Below are positions 37,586 to 47,274 of a stretch of 64,000 nt of DNA, piece by piece. The notes beneath the pieces were generated by a model that saw nothing but the letters and a program-made list of their open reading frames with translations, was not told the origin of the DNA and ran no database searches. The position numbers and the translations under genes were made by a program. The stretch covers positions 386,981 through 450,980 of the forward strand of contig CAVZGV010000003.1 in assembly GCA_963774955.1 (NCBI GenBank), given 5' to 3'. Each line of letters starts with the position of its first letter. Within the stretch, counting starts at the first letter, position 1. The stretch comes from Candidatus Falkowbacteria bacterium. GTDB taxonomy: Bacteria > Patescibacteriota > Patescibacteriia > CAIXNZ01.

Positions 37586-38089
37586 TTATTATTAATAATT
37601 TTCGCTTTACTTATATTAAGTGCTGGTTGTGGTGCGCCCACGACTGGGTCTAAAACTCCTGCTGTTCAGGTTGAGTTAACACCGGTTTCCAGTCCTAAAA
37701 CAGGCACAGTCACGTTTTTAGTCCCGACTGCTGATGCCTTAACATATTGTGACGGAGCAAAGATGGATAGTCAGGGTTTTAAAAAAACGATTACTAAGGA
37801 GGTGACTGAAAATCTTGAGGTCACAAATTTGTCAGCCACAGAATTAATAAATAAAACTATGGTTTTAGCGGCCCAAAAAGCTAATTTGACTTCAGTCACT
37901 GATTTGGATCAGGACTTTATCAGAATCAGTAATGGCACTGCCTATATTAAGCCGCTTGATGGCTGGGCAGGCGTCTCGATTTTTTTATGCGCCTGGAAAC
38001 CGTTAGTTGAGACTAATCTTTTATATTTAGCCGATATAACTAAGGTTGTCTGGTTGGATGATTATCAGCAATGGGAGGAATTAAAATAA
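37541..38089 (+). CDS. lipoprotein with the conserved MSN(K/N)IRSAFGGK N-terminus (family member 1)
   Basis: Begins inside the conserved ~45-nt 5' cassette. Lipobox LILSAGCGAP. Confidence 0.55.
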   Translation: MSNKIRSAFGGKKHFLLLIIFALLILSAGCGAPTTGSKTPAVQVELTPVSSPKTGTVTFLVPTADALTYCDGAKMDSQGFKKTITKEVTENLEVTNLSATELINKTMVLAAQKANLTSVTDLDQDFIRISNGTAYIKPLDGWAGVSIFLCAWKPLVETNLLYLADITKVVWLDDYQQWEELK

Positions 38090-38094
38090 ATTTT

Positions 38095-38253
38095 ATGTCT
38101 AATAACATTAGATCCGCCTTTGGCGGGAAAAAATTATTAATCCCAAATCAAGAAAGTTACTCTGCGTTGTTGAAAAGATTTCCTTCTCAATTTCTTGCAT
38201 TTATTCCATATTTAATGAGAGAAATTATCTATAAAAAGAAAAGAACCCCGTAA
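38095..38253 (+). pseudogene. truncated member of the MSNNIRSAFGGK lipoprotein family (52 codons, no signal peptide or lipobox)
   Basis: Carries an identical 5' cassette, but the ORF terminates after 52 aa (MSNNIRSAFGGKKLLIPNQESY…). Confidence 0.4.
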
Positions 38254-38355
38254 GGACAAGCCTTAAAGGGCGCTTTTCGTAGTGATTATATTTATATAAT
38301 CTAGCAATTTATCAGCTTTGTCAGTAGTGTTATACACGTTACCAATCTTAAAAAT

Positions 38356-39867
38356 ATGTCAGAAATAAAACAATTTACTCCTGAAATCAGAGATGAAAAT
38401 AAAGGTCTTGATTCAAATGTGTTTTTTGATCAAAAAGAAGTATTAGAGAAACTGAATCTTGAAAAACTGCCGAAAATGCAGGAATTATATCAGGCTTATG
38501 GTTATGAACAGCCGGAAACTGAAATGGTGGAACAAGAAACTGTAAATTTGAAAACTAATATGGATCAAATTTTTCAGATTTCCCATCAGGCGGCTAGGTT
38601 TGCTTTCAAAGAAATTGCACCGCTGGAAAATATTGCTGAGACTACACCGTTAGGTGAGTTGGAAATGGGTATTAATGTTTATCGAGGGAGTGAGAGCGGT
38701 TTAAGAACTATCAGGTTTAATCTGAATAAAGCCGGGGCTAAAGATAGAGTCGCTAGTTTTTTTATTCAGCAAGACAGTGAAAATGAAAATAACTGGGATC
38801 TGGGGCATCGGTTGATTGAACCCCAGTATCGTAATCAGAATTTAGGTACTAAGATGCTTGAATTAGTAGAGTCAGGTGTTCAGCAAATGGCTGATTTGAA
38901 AAATGAAAATCAGGAGTTAAGTCTGGAAGCCAGTCAGATCGGTGTTATTCTTTTTGCTTTAAAAAACGGTTATCAACCGGCGGAGCCGGAAGACTTGGCG
39001 AGACTCAAAGAAGTTTTAAAAGGTGATAAAGATAAATATTTCCTTACTACTGGTAAAGGGTATCAGCGCGATGGCCGGCAGGTTCCTGGTTATATATATG
39101 AAAGACAAAAGATAACTGAAGCCGTCAAAGAAGCTGGTCAAGAGGTTAGTCCTCAGGAATTGGAAAAATTTAATCTGGATAATATTTTTTACGGTGATCC
39201 TGATGCTTATTTTAATAATTCTGTTAAAATAAAATTAGTCAAAAATTTTACTCCGATCGGTCCGCCTTGGTCGTTAGCAGGGGATGGTAAAACAATAGAA
39301 AAATATTCAGATTTCAATAGGAATGCTTACCTTGAAATGAAATATCCTGATAATCCGTTATTCAAACCTGAATTTTCCAAGGAGATTCCGAAAAATTTTG
39401 TCAGTGTCTATCGTTTAGTGCCGGAAGAAATGCTTAAACAGATCGGGCAGGAGGGGATTAAGGATATTAAAGAAGCCCAGAATCCTTATAGGCAAAAATA
39501 CGACCGGCTGATTGACAGTGTAGCTCCGGCTGGTTTTCACCGAGTAGGCGCAATTTATGCTTATCCTGAATTGAGCAGCCAGCCTGTTCTTGAAGGTGGA
39601 GATTTTATTTTGTTGGAAATAAAAATTGATCCTGATAAGGTCTTGGTTGCTGACGGGGAATGTGCTTTAAGTGTCGGCGATAAACTTTTTAGAAAATGGG
39701 ATGATTCAGCGCTTAAATCTGCGAAAGAATACTGGCAAAAAGCTAAGACTTTGACTGAATATAATAAACAAAGAGGTACTTATCAGTTTAATGCCCCGGA
39801 AATTATTATACCGTTTGATTTGGATGAAAAATATATTAGAGTGCATGATATGACTAATCAATCATAA
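38356..39867 (+). CDS. hypothetical protein with a possible GNAT-like segment
   Basis: 503 aa. IEPQYRNQNLGTKMLELVE resembles GNAT motif A. Weak. Confidence 0.4.
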   Translation: MSEIKQFTPEIRDENKGLDSNVFFDQKEVLEKLNLEKLPKMQELYQAYGYEQPETEMVEQETVNLKTNMDQIFQISHQAARFAFKEIAPLENIAETTPLGELEMGINVYRGSESGLRTIRFNLNKAGAKDRVASFFIQQDSENENNWDLGHRLIEPQYRNQNLGTKMLELVESGVQQMADLKNENQELSLEASQIGVILFALKNGYQPAEPEDLARLKEVLKGDKDKYFLTTGKGYQRDGRQVPGYIYERQKITEAVKEAGQEVSPQELEKFNLDNIFYGDPDAYFNNSVKIKLVKNFTPIGPPWSLAGDGKTIEKYSDFNRNAYLEMKYPDNPLFKPEFSKEIPKNFVSVYRLVPEEMLKQIGQEGIKDIKEAQNPYRQKYDRLIDSVAPAGFHRVGAIYAYPELSSQPVLEGGDFILLEIKIDPDKVLVADGECALSVGDKLFRKWDDSALKSAKEYWQKAKTLTEYNKQRGTYQFNAPEIIIPFDLDEKYIRVHDMTNQS

Positions 39868-39888
39868 CTAATTTTTAAAATAAATTTT

Positions 39889-40392
39889 ATGTCTAATAAC
39901 ATTAGATCCGCCTTTGGCGGGAAAAACATAATCATTTTACTTTTATTGACTTTAAGTCTAAGTTTTTTGACGGGTTGTAAAAAACCGAGTACTGACACTG
40001 TGCCATCGTCCATGACCTATATTGGCACAAAATATGTCAATTGCCGATTAAGTCCGGATTTTCCTGCAGTTGCCGCTAAGGTCACTGAATTATCAGGTTT
40101 AGTCAGCCGTCCTGGTGTTTCTAGGCAGTCGGTATTATTAAACAGCGTAGCCATTGATAATAATGTTTTGTATAATCCGGTTACCAACGATTCTTTTACA
40201 TCTTATAGCGGTTTTCGGGCAGCATTGAATAAACATATTACAGTTAAAGGTTATACTGGCGATAAAATTGATGGCTATAATATATTCTATGTCACTGATG
40301 TTCCTGGCTGGCATTATGTTTGTTGTGATGCGACTTTGGAAGATACCGGGCAAATATCTACGCCCAATGTCTGCCATTGGTTTGAAAAATAA
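39889..40392 (+). CDS. lipoprotein with the conserved MSNNIRSAFGGK N-terminus (family member 3)
   Basis: Same 5' cassette. Lipobox SFLTGCKKP. Confidence 0.55.
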   Translation: MSNNIRSAFGGKNIIILLLLTLSLSFLTGCKKPSTDTVPSSMTYIGTKYVNCRLSPDFPAVAAKVTELSGLVSRPGVSRQSVLLNSVAIDNNVLYNPVTNDSFTSYSGFRAALNKHITVKGYTGDKIDGYNIFYVTDVPGWHYVCCDATLEDTGQISTPNVCHWFEK

Positions 40393-40577
40393 TTATATTT
40401 TCAGCCATTTTCGCCTCGGCTATGATTTTTTTATAAAATATGATATTTTTTAAATAACAAAGTTAATAATGTCTGCCTTGTGCAGGCCAGGAATAAACAA
40501 TTTAACAAAGGCCGCTTAGGCATGAAACTTCCTTCTACGCTTAGGAGGACATGTCAGTGGCCGAAGGGAGGCAGGAA

Positions 40578-40947
40578 AATGTTGAGAATTTCGCGGTTAA
40601 TGGGAGTCCTGTTGTGGCTGTTTTCGTTCCAGGTCTTTGCCTTGATCAGTCAGAGCATGCCGGCGCAGAACTTTTGGCTGGATGTGGGCACGGCCTTGGG
40701 CATGTTCGTGGTCGCCGCCTTCGTGCTCGGTCTCAGCCTCACGGACAATTCGGATTTGTCGTACGTCAGCACCTTGTTTCTGGTCGTGGTGGCCAGTGCT
40801 GTGATGACTTTTCGATTCCTTGGCCAGACGCCCTATGTCTGGTACGACCTGATGATCATCATGGCTGCGCCTCAGGTCATGGCCCTGGCCATTGGTTTTA
40901 GCTTAACCACGCGACAATCCCGGGCCGACTTGCAGTCCAGCCCCTGA
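40578..40947 (+). CDS. hypothetical membrane protein (GC-rich)
   Basis: RBS GGGAGG precedes ATG 40578 (MLRISRLMGVLLWLFSF…). Strong terminator GCGGCACTCTTTCGAAAGAGGCCGC plus T8 at 40968-41000. Confidence 0.45.
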
Positions 40948-41097
40948 CATCCGCACCATCTCAAACAAGCGGCACTCTTTCGAAAGAGGCCGCTTTTTTT
41001 TGTCTCAAAAATCAAATAAAGCCTGTCTTGACTTTTATAAAAATATGCGTTATTATTAAGTGTTCTTTATATTTCAACAAAAACAGGAGGATTGACC

Positions 41098-42189
41098 ATG
41101 AACTGGATAGATTTGCATTTGCATACGGCCTATAGTCGGGAAGCGGATAATTTTTTACCGGAGCGCTTGGCCAGTATTGCTGAGGCCAAGGTCAAGCGGC
41201 CTGGTTTGAAGGTTGCCGGGGTGGTTGATCATGACACGATTAACCACTGGGAACCCATGTACCGGGCCCAGCAAAAATTCGCACCCGGCCAATTACCGAT
41301 TATTTTGCCCGGAGTTGAAATCTCATCTTGTTTTACTTTTCTGGGTAAGGTAATTCAGACTCATGTTTTGGGGTTTTTCCCCAAGCTGATTCGTTATGAC
41401 CGGGAAAAATTGGTGCGGGTGGACAAGATTTTCCGTCAACCTTTAACCGATATTCTCAACGGTCGTTGGGCCAAGAATGTCGAGATCCGCATTCAATATC
41501 TGCTGAAAAACAACCTTCTGCCTGCGGGCTATGATGTCCAAAACATGATTGCCCGAGTCAAAGCCAAGAATCAGCACGATCTTGATTTCGTCAGCCAGGA
41601 ATCGCCCAAAGACGGCGATGTTATCAATCTGCCCCTGACGACTTCGCATCTTTTCGTCCTCGAAGTAATGCTCGAAGACGGCTTGATTGAAAGCATTGAA
41701 GAGGGCATGTTGTACCTTGACCGGCACTATGAAGACAAGGTCGCGAAATTGGCCAAGATTCTGGCCCGACGCGAGCAGATTTCTGACGAACAGGCTTATG
41801 CCAAGGCCAGGGTCCTTCAGGGGAGCTGTCACGGCAGTTATGGCGATGACTGGTTCAAGCTGTCGACTCAGGACGCTTTGAGTCTGATTCGTCTGGCCGG
41901 TGGTGTGGCCATCCTGGCTCATCCCATGGTTTCTTTCAAGAAATTCCCGGGCGGGATAACAGCCTTCTTTGAATTTTGCCGCCAGGAATTAATCATTGCC
42001 GGACTGATGGGCCTGGAAGCTTATTATCCTCGGCAAGACGAATATCAGCCGGCAATTATTGAATTTTGCCGTCAAAACGGCCTGATTATCACCGGTGGTT
42101 CAGACGATCATCAGGATGGTCGCAATCACATCGGCGAAGTCATTTGTCCCTATGAAAATGTGGAGCAAATGATCAGCGCGCATCTGTAA
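41098..42189 (+). CDS. PHP-domain metal-dependent phosphoesterase
   Basis: RBS AGGAGG precedes ATG 41098. N-terminal IDLHLHTAYS (PHP motif I). His/Asp-rich motifs downstream (…VVDHDT…, GGSDDH). Confidence 0.6.
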   Translation: MNWIDLHLHTAYSREADNFLPERLASIAEAKVKRPGLKVAGVVDHDTINHWEPMYRAQQKFAPGQLPIILPGVEISSCFTFLGKVIQTHVLGFFPKLIRYDREKLVRVDKIFRQPLTDILNGRWAKNVEIRIQYLLKNNLLPAGYDVQNMIARVKAKNQHDLDFVSQESPKDGDVINLPLTTSHLFVLEVMLEDGLIESIEEGMLYLDRHYEDKVAKLAKILARREQISDEQAYAKARVLQGSCHGSYGDDWFKLSTQDALSLIRLAGGVAILAHPMVSFKKFPGGITAFFEFCRQELIIAGLMGLEAYYPRQDEYQPAIIEFCRQNGLIITGGSDDHQDGRNHIGEVICPYENVEQMISAHL

Positions 42190-42259
42190 AGATGCGCGCT
42201 TTTTTATATCTAGATTTCAATTGACTTGTCTGCTCTTTGGCTGTAAAATTAGAGTAAAT

Positions 42260-43264
42260 ATGACCAAACAAACCGAAAAATTCAATAAAGGCGAAATCAT
42301 CATTTATCAGCCCAAAACCGGCGGGCCCAGGTTTGAGGTTGAGTTAGAAAAAGAATCAGTATGGCTAACCCAAGATCAAATGGCTCATTTGTTTGATAAA
42401 GGAAGATCTACAATTACTGAACATATTAATAATGTATTCAGAGAGAAAGAATTAAATGAAAAGTCAGTATGTCGGTATTTCCGACGTACTGGTTCTGATG
42501 GCAAAGTATACGAGGTTAAATATTATAATCTTGATGTAATTATATCTGTTGGTTATCGTGTGAAATCTAAACGAGGTACCGACTTCCGCATTTGGGCTAC
42601 TAATGTTCTTAGGACTCACTTAATCAAAGGTTATACTTTGAATCAAAAGCGTCTTAGAGAGACTCAATTAACAGATTTGGAACAGGCAGTGGCTCTGGTT
42701 AAAAATGCCTTGGAAACTAAAAAGCTCAAAGGCGCAGAAGCTAAGGGTTTGCTTGAAGTTATCACCAAATACGCTCAATCCTGGTTATTATTGCAAAAAT
42801 ACGATGAAGATAAATTGGTTTTGCCGGTTAAGCAGGCCAAACCCAAATATGAATTGGATTATAATCAGGCGATTAGTGCAATTTCTGATTTAAAGAACAA
42901 TCTGCTGGCCCAAAAGCAGGCTACTGATATATTTGGCAATGAAAGGGGGGAGGCATTAGCCGGGATTATCGGCAATCTTTACCAGACTTTTGGCGGTAAG
43001 GTCTTATATCCGTCAATTGAAGCCAAGGCTGCTCATCTGCTTTATTTCATCATCAAGGATCATCCGTTTAGCGATGGCAACAAGCGCATCGGCTCGTTTT
43101 TGTTTATCGTATTTTTGAGCAGAAATAATTATTTGCTGGATAAAAAGGGAGAGAGTAAGATAAATGATAATGCCTTGGTTGCTTTAGCTTTACTGATCGC
43201 CGCCAGCGACCCCAAACAAAAAGATGTCTTGGTCAAGCTGGTTATGAACTTTTTGACAAACTAA
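42260..43264 (+). CDS. RhuM-family protein with a C-terminal Fic/Doc domain
   Basis: RhuM N-terminal signature …VWLTQDQMAHLF…TITEHINNVF…YNLDVIISVGYRVKS…FRIWATNVL. Fic motif HPFSDGNKRIG (HPFx[DE]GNxR). Confidence 0.7.
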   Translation: MTKQTEKFNKGEIIIYQPKTGGPRFEVELEKESVWLTQDQMAHLFDKGRSTITEHINNVFREKELNEKSVCRYFRRTGSDGKVYEVKYYNLDVIISVGYRVKSKRGTDFRIWATNVLRTHLIKGYTLNQKRLRETQLTDLEQAVALVKNALETKKLKGAEAKGLLEVITKYAQSWLLLQKYDEDKLVLPVKQAKPKYELDYNQAISAISDLKNNLLAQKQATDIFGNERGEALAGIIGNLYQTFGGKVLYPSIEAKAAHLLYFIIKDHPFSDGNKRIGSFLFIVFLSRNNYLLDKKGESKINDNALVALALLIAASDPKQKDVLVKLVMNFLTN

Positions 43265-43417
43265 AAATTCCGCAAACGGAGCTAAGCTCCGAAGCGTCGG
43301 AGCTTAGCTCCGTCTTTCCCACTAACCAATAACCCCGCCCTCTACTTGCCCTCCGTAGCAATAGCGGAAAATGGGCGAAGGCAAGTAATCCCGCTACGCG
43401 GGAAAACTCTTAAATAT

Positions 43418-44095
43418 ATGGAAAAACAATTAATCATAAAATTACATAAAAATTTTGAAGATTGCGCTCATGAAAACGATGGGGTCGAATTTTGGTATGC
43501 TCGGGAATTGCAGTCTCTTTTAGGCTATGATCGTTGGGAAAATTTTGCCAATGCTGTAGAAAAAGCTAAAATTGCCTGTAAAAATTCTAAACAAAGCCTG
43601 TTAGACCATTTTCGTGACGTTACGAAGATGGTTAATATTGGTTCAGGCGCGAAAAAGGAGGTATCTGATATTATGTTGACCCGTTACGCCTGTTATCTTA
43701 TTGCGCAAAATGGCGACCCGAGAAAAGATGAAATAGCTTTTGCCATGACATATTTTGCGGTCCAGACCAGGAAGCAGGAACTTGTGGAACAGCGAATTGA
43801 AGCCTGGGAAAGATTGCAGGCCAGAGAAAAGCTATCATTATCTGAAAAGGAGTTGTCAGGAGTTTTATTTGAACGGGGAGTCGATGGCGTGGGATTTGCC
43901 AGAATTCGCAGCAAAGGCGACACGGCTTTATTTGGCGGCTATAATACTCAAGAGATGAAAAGCAAGCTTGGCGTATCAGAAAAAAGGCCTCTGGCTGATT
44001 TTCTGCCCAGAATAACCATCAAGGCCAAGGATTTAGCTAACGAGATAACGAGTTTCAATGTACACCACACACCATTCACCAAACCAACATCCTAA
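43418..44095 (+). CDS. DinD-like (DNA-damage-inducible protein D family) protein
   Basis: ATG 43418 (MEKQLII…). …GVEFWYARELQSLLGYDRWENFANAVEKAKIACKNS…DHF… matches the DinD-family core. Confidence 0.5.
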   Translation: MEKQLIIKLHKNFEDCAHENDGVEFWYARELQSLLGYDRWENFANAVEKAKIACKNSKQSLLDHFRDVTKMVNIGSGAKKEVSDIMLTRYACYLIAQNGDPRKDEIAFAMTYFAVQTRKQELVEQRIEAWERLQAREKLSLSEKELSGVLFERGVDGVGFARIRSKGDTALFGGYNTQEMKSKLGVSEKRPLADFLPRITIKAKDLANEITSFNVHHTPFTKPTS

Positions 44096-44124
44096 CCCAA
44101 TCACTATTCACCAACCAATAACCA

Positions 44125-45132
44125 ATGCCAAAATATTTACTTACAATTTCGTGCCTAGTCTTCGCTGGTATCGGCCTGACCACTGCCAGCGCCTTGGCGC
44201 AGGCAACCCGGGACATCTTTTTCCCGACTGAGCAGTCAGTGACTTTTACTGACAGTTTTGGTGATGCCCGAAGCGGGCATTTGCATGAAGGCATTGATCT
44301 GATGGGCACAAAAATGATGCCGTTATACTCGGCCATAGACGGACGAGTGCGTTACACGGTGGATCCTGAAGCAGATTATGGCTACTCAGTTGTTTTGGAA
44401 GACAGTGACAATTACACTTATCATTATTTACATATTAACAATGACACGCCCGGCACAGATGATGGTTTAGGCGGGACAGCCAATGCTTATGCGCCGGGTA
44501 TTGTCCGGCGCGCTGCTGTGACCAAAGGTCAGTTAATCGGCTGGATGGGTGACAGCGGCAATGCTGAGAACGTGGGGCCGCATCTGCATTTTGAGATTCG
44601 TTTGCCTGACGGCACTGCTATTAATCCTTATTTAAGTTTAATCGATGCGCGTTATCCCGGCAGTTACAGTCTGACTGACGCGCTCAACGCCAGTCCTGAC
44701 ATTAATACTGACAAAAGTTTAGTCATTGGTTCAACGCCGGCAACTTGTGTTTCCGGTTCCAGAATCAAGCTCAAAGGCGCCACCACTGTTTATTATTGCG
44801 GGGCTGACTGTAAGCGTTATGTTTTTCCCACTGACAAGGTTTATTATTCCTGGTTTACCAGTTTTACCGGGGTGACTATTGTCACGGCCGAGCAGATGGC
44901 AGCTTTACCGCTTGGCGGCAATGTGACTTATCGTCCGGGCAGCAAGATGGTCAAGATTCAATCTGACACCAATGTTTATGCGGTGGAACAAGGCGGTGTT
45001 TTACGCTGGATGGTGTCAGCTGAGACTGCGACAGCGCTTTACGGCTCCACCTGGAAAAACAAGATAGACGATGTTTCCGATGCTTTTTTTATTAATTATA
45101 AAATGGGGGAGCCGGTTTTATCGGCGAGGTAA
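44125..45132 (+). CDS. secreted M23-family (LytM-type) metallopeptidase
   Basis: Signal peptide. HEGIDL (HxxxD) and GDSGNAENVGPHLHFEI (HxH) motifs. Confidence 0.7.
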   Translation: MPKYLLTISCLVFAGIGLTTASALAQATRDIFFPTEQSVTFTDSFGDARSGHLHEGIDLMGTKMMPLYSAIDGRVRYTVDPEADYGYSVVLEDSDNYTYHYLHINNDTPGTDDGLGGTANAYAPGIVRRAAVTKGQLIGWMGDSGNAENVGPHLHFEIRLPDGTAINPYLSLIDARYPGSYSLTDALNASPDINTDKSLVIGSTPATCVSGSRIKLKGATTVYYCGADCKRYVFPTDKVYYSWFTSFTGVTIVTAEQMAALPLGGNVTYRPGSKMVKIQSDTNVYAVEQGGVLRWMVSAETATALYGSTWKNKIDDVSDAFFINYKMGEPVLSAR

Positions 45133-45141
45133 GGTTGAAAA

Positions 45142-46524
45142 TTGATTGATTCGAAAACTTTTTCACTTGTCTCGGCTTTAGACGGAAAAAAAGTTTCACA
45201 AAAACTTGATTTGTTAATTATATTAGCTATGTGGCCAATATTTAAAAATGAAATTATAGAGGTGGTAAGACTTCTAGAAAATGAGAAATGGTTTGTTTTT
45301 GGTGGCTATACTATATATTTACAAAATATTAATCACAATCCCAAGGATATAGATATAATAACTACGTTAGAAGGTTTGACTAATTTAAAAACTAAGATTG
45401 GTAAGTATTCTAACGAGAAAGGAGATAATTGGATTGGGATAACATTTAAGTTAGGAGATGTGGAATTTGAAGTTATTACTGAAGAGAGTTCGGATTTACA
45501 ATATTATCAAGAATTTTTAGAGAATAGCGAGTATATTTTTATAACCTTGACTACGGCAGATGGTATACAAATACCCTGCTTATCTTTGTTAAAACAGGCT
45601 CAGGGTTATTATAATGTATACTGTGATGGTAAGGGTAGCCAAGACCCAATGATTAAAATAAAATTGATTGCAAATTTTTTAAATTTAGATCCCAATAAAT
45701 TTTTCGAATCATTAGAAAGAGAGTATAAAATTAAAAAGATAAAGTATTATATAAATAAAGGGCTTTCGTATGAACAGATTGGAAAAATACTGAATATTTC
45801 CCGGGCCAGGGTTCATCAATTGTATAAAAAATATTATCCCAAAAGAATAAATAATAATTTGAAGAAAATAGTTTTTGCTAGCGATAATATGCAGTGTCAA
45901 TGGCACAATATTTGCAGGGATAAGAAAGTTTTGAGATCTGATTTAGTGATTCATCATCTTGATGGAGACAATACCAATAATAATTTAGATAATTTAGTAA
46001 CTCTTTGTCGGTTTTGCTCAGCAGCATTTAATAAAATTAGAGATAAAGGGTATAAAGAATATATTTGTGATATATGCCAAAAAAAGTATAATCTTAAAGA
46101 AGGTAAGCTAATTAAAGATAAGTTTATCTGCAAATCATGCATAGAGGTGCGGAAAAATAAGAAAAATATATATTGGTGTGAAAAGTATAAACTTTCAAAA
46201 TGTGTCATCTGTGGAGAAAATAAAATAAGACATTTTGGGAATGGATTGTGTAGAAGATGTTATGGTAAGTTGAGATTTAGTGATACTGAAAATAAAATAA
46301 AACACAAAGAATCAATGAGAAAATGGCGAATTAAAAATTTAGAAAAAATAAAGTCAAAACAAAGGAAATATCATAAGAAATATTATTCAAAAAACAGGGA
46401 GATGTTATTGCGACAACAGAAAGAAAGAATGCAGGATATAAAGTTGAATGACCCCATTAAATATAAAGAGTTAAAAGAAAAGTGGACATTATATAACAAA
46501 AATAAATCCAAGCTTGCTCATTAG
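45142..46524 (+). CDS. AT-rich multidomain protein: NTase-like N-terminus, sigma70-region-4-like HTH, HNH endonuclease, multiple zinc ribbons
   Basis: TTG start per ORF track. FGGYTIYLQ…KDIDII (NTase-like). GLSYEQIGKILNISRARVHQLYKK (HTH). LVIHHLDGDNTNNNLDNLVTLCRFC (HNH). Then repeated CxxC pairs. Markedly lower GC than its flanks. Confidence 0.55.
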   Translation: MIDSKTFSLVSALDGKKVSQKLDLLIILAMWPIFKNEIIEVVRLLENEKWFVFGGYTIYLQNINHNPKDIDIITTLEGLTNLKTKIGKYSNEKGDNWIGITFKLGDVEFEVITEESSDLQYYQEFLENSEYIFITLTTADGIQIPCLSLLKQAQGYYNVYCDGKGSQDPMIKIKLIANFLNLDPNKFFESLEREYKIKKIKYYINKGLSYEQIGKILNISRARVHQLYKKYYPKRINNNLKKIVFASDNMQCQWHNICRDKKVLRSDLVIHHLDGDNTNNNLDNLVTLCRFCSAAFNKIRDKGYKEYICDICQKKYNLKEGKLIKDKFICKSCIEVRKNKKNIYWCEKYKLSKCVICGENKIRHFGNGLCRRCYGKLRFSDTENKIKHKESMRKWRIKNLEKIKSKQRKYHKKYYSKNREMLLRQQKERMQDIKLNDPIKYKELKEKWTLYNKNKSKLAH

Positions 46525-46650
46525 GTAAATGGCCATATATGATGTTAAAGTTAATTTATAAATTAAGATAAAAAGTCCTCTGGCGGAAGAGGATTTTTTG
46601 TGGATAACTTATATTGACTACTGACTAAACAGTCAGTACAATATAAGTAT

Positions 46651-47274
46651 ATGAAAACCTCAATTATCACCCCCAGGCAAAAGCAATTACTTCAAATTAT
46701 CCATGACTGGTTAAAAACTGAAGGTAATATTCCTTCATTTGAAGAAATGAAAAATGAACTTGGCGTAAACTCAAACCAAGCAGTTTTGGATTTATTAGAG
46801 AAATTGGAGGAGAAGAAAATGATTAAAAGAAACGAAGGACTAGCAAGATCAATAAATATTTTACAAAAGGGTTATGAATCACTTGAAGTTGCGCCTTTAG
46901 TAAATGTTGTTGGATTGGGTTCATGCGGACCTTTAGTTGAATTATTTGAGCAGAAAGATGTTTGGATGGAATTATCTCCGGAAGTTCATCAGTTTTCACA
47001 TGAGTTAATTATTATTAGGGCATTTGGCGATTCCATGATTGGGGCTGGTATTATTGATGGCGATTTGTTGCTTTTTACTAAAGCTAAAGAATTTAAGGAT
47101 AATGAAATTGTATTAGCCAGAACTATGGATGGTACAACCGTTAAACGATTAATAAATCGCGATAAAAAAACATATTTTCAGCCTGAAAATCCTAAATATG
47201 AAAGAATACCCGTGACTGAAGAAACTTATATTTTAGGTAAATTAATTAAAAATTTATCAAGAAATTATGCTTAA
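46651..47274 (+). CDS. lexA: LexA-like repressor (wHTH plus S24 peptidase)
   Basis: N-terminal LTPRQKQLLQIIHDWL…PSFEEMKNELG…NQAVLDLLEKLEEKKMIKR. C-terminal S24 block AFGDSMIGAGIIDGDLLL…TVKRL (Ser/Lys dyad). Stop overlaps the next gene start by 8 nt. Confidence 0.75.
   Translation: MKTSIITPRQKQLLQIIHDWLKTEGNIPSFEEMKNELGVNSNQAVLDLLEKLEEKKMIKRNEGLARSINILQKGYESLEVAPLVNVVGLGSCGPLVELFEQKDVWMELSPEVHQFSHELIIIRAFGDSMIGAGIIDGDLLLFTKAKEFKDNEIVLARTMDGTTVKRLINRDKKTYFQPENPKYERIPVTEETYILGKLIKNLSRNYA

Noticed and set aside
40551-40901. Alternative-frame ORF (116 aa, Gly/Arg/His-rich)
   Set aside because: Same strand but out of frame with the membrane-protein ORF. Its composition looks like an artefact of the GC-rich region; the membrane frame gives coherent TM helices.
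46600-46608. Isolated DnaA-box-like TGTGGATAA (also at 59690-59698)
   Set aside because: Single boxes with no cluster and no AT-rich DUE context. Not evidence of an origin.
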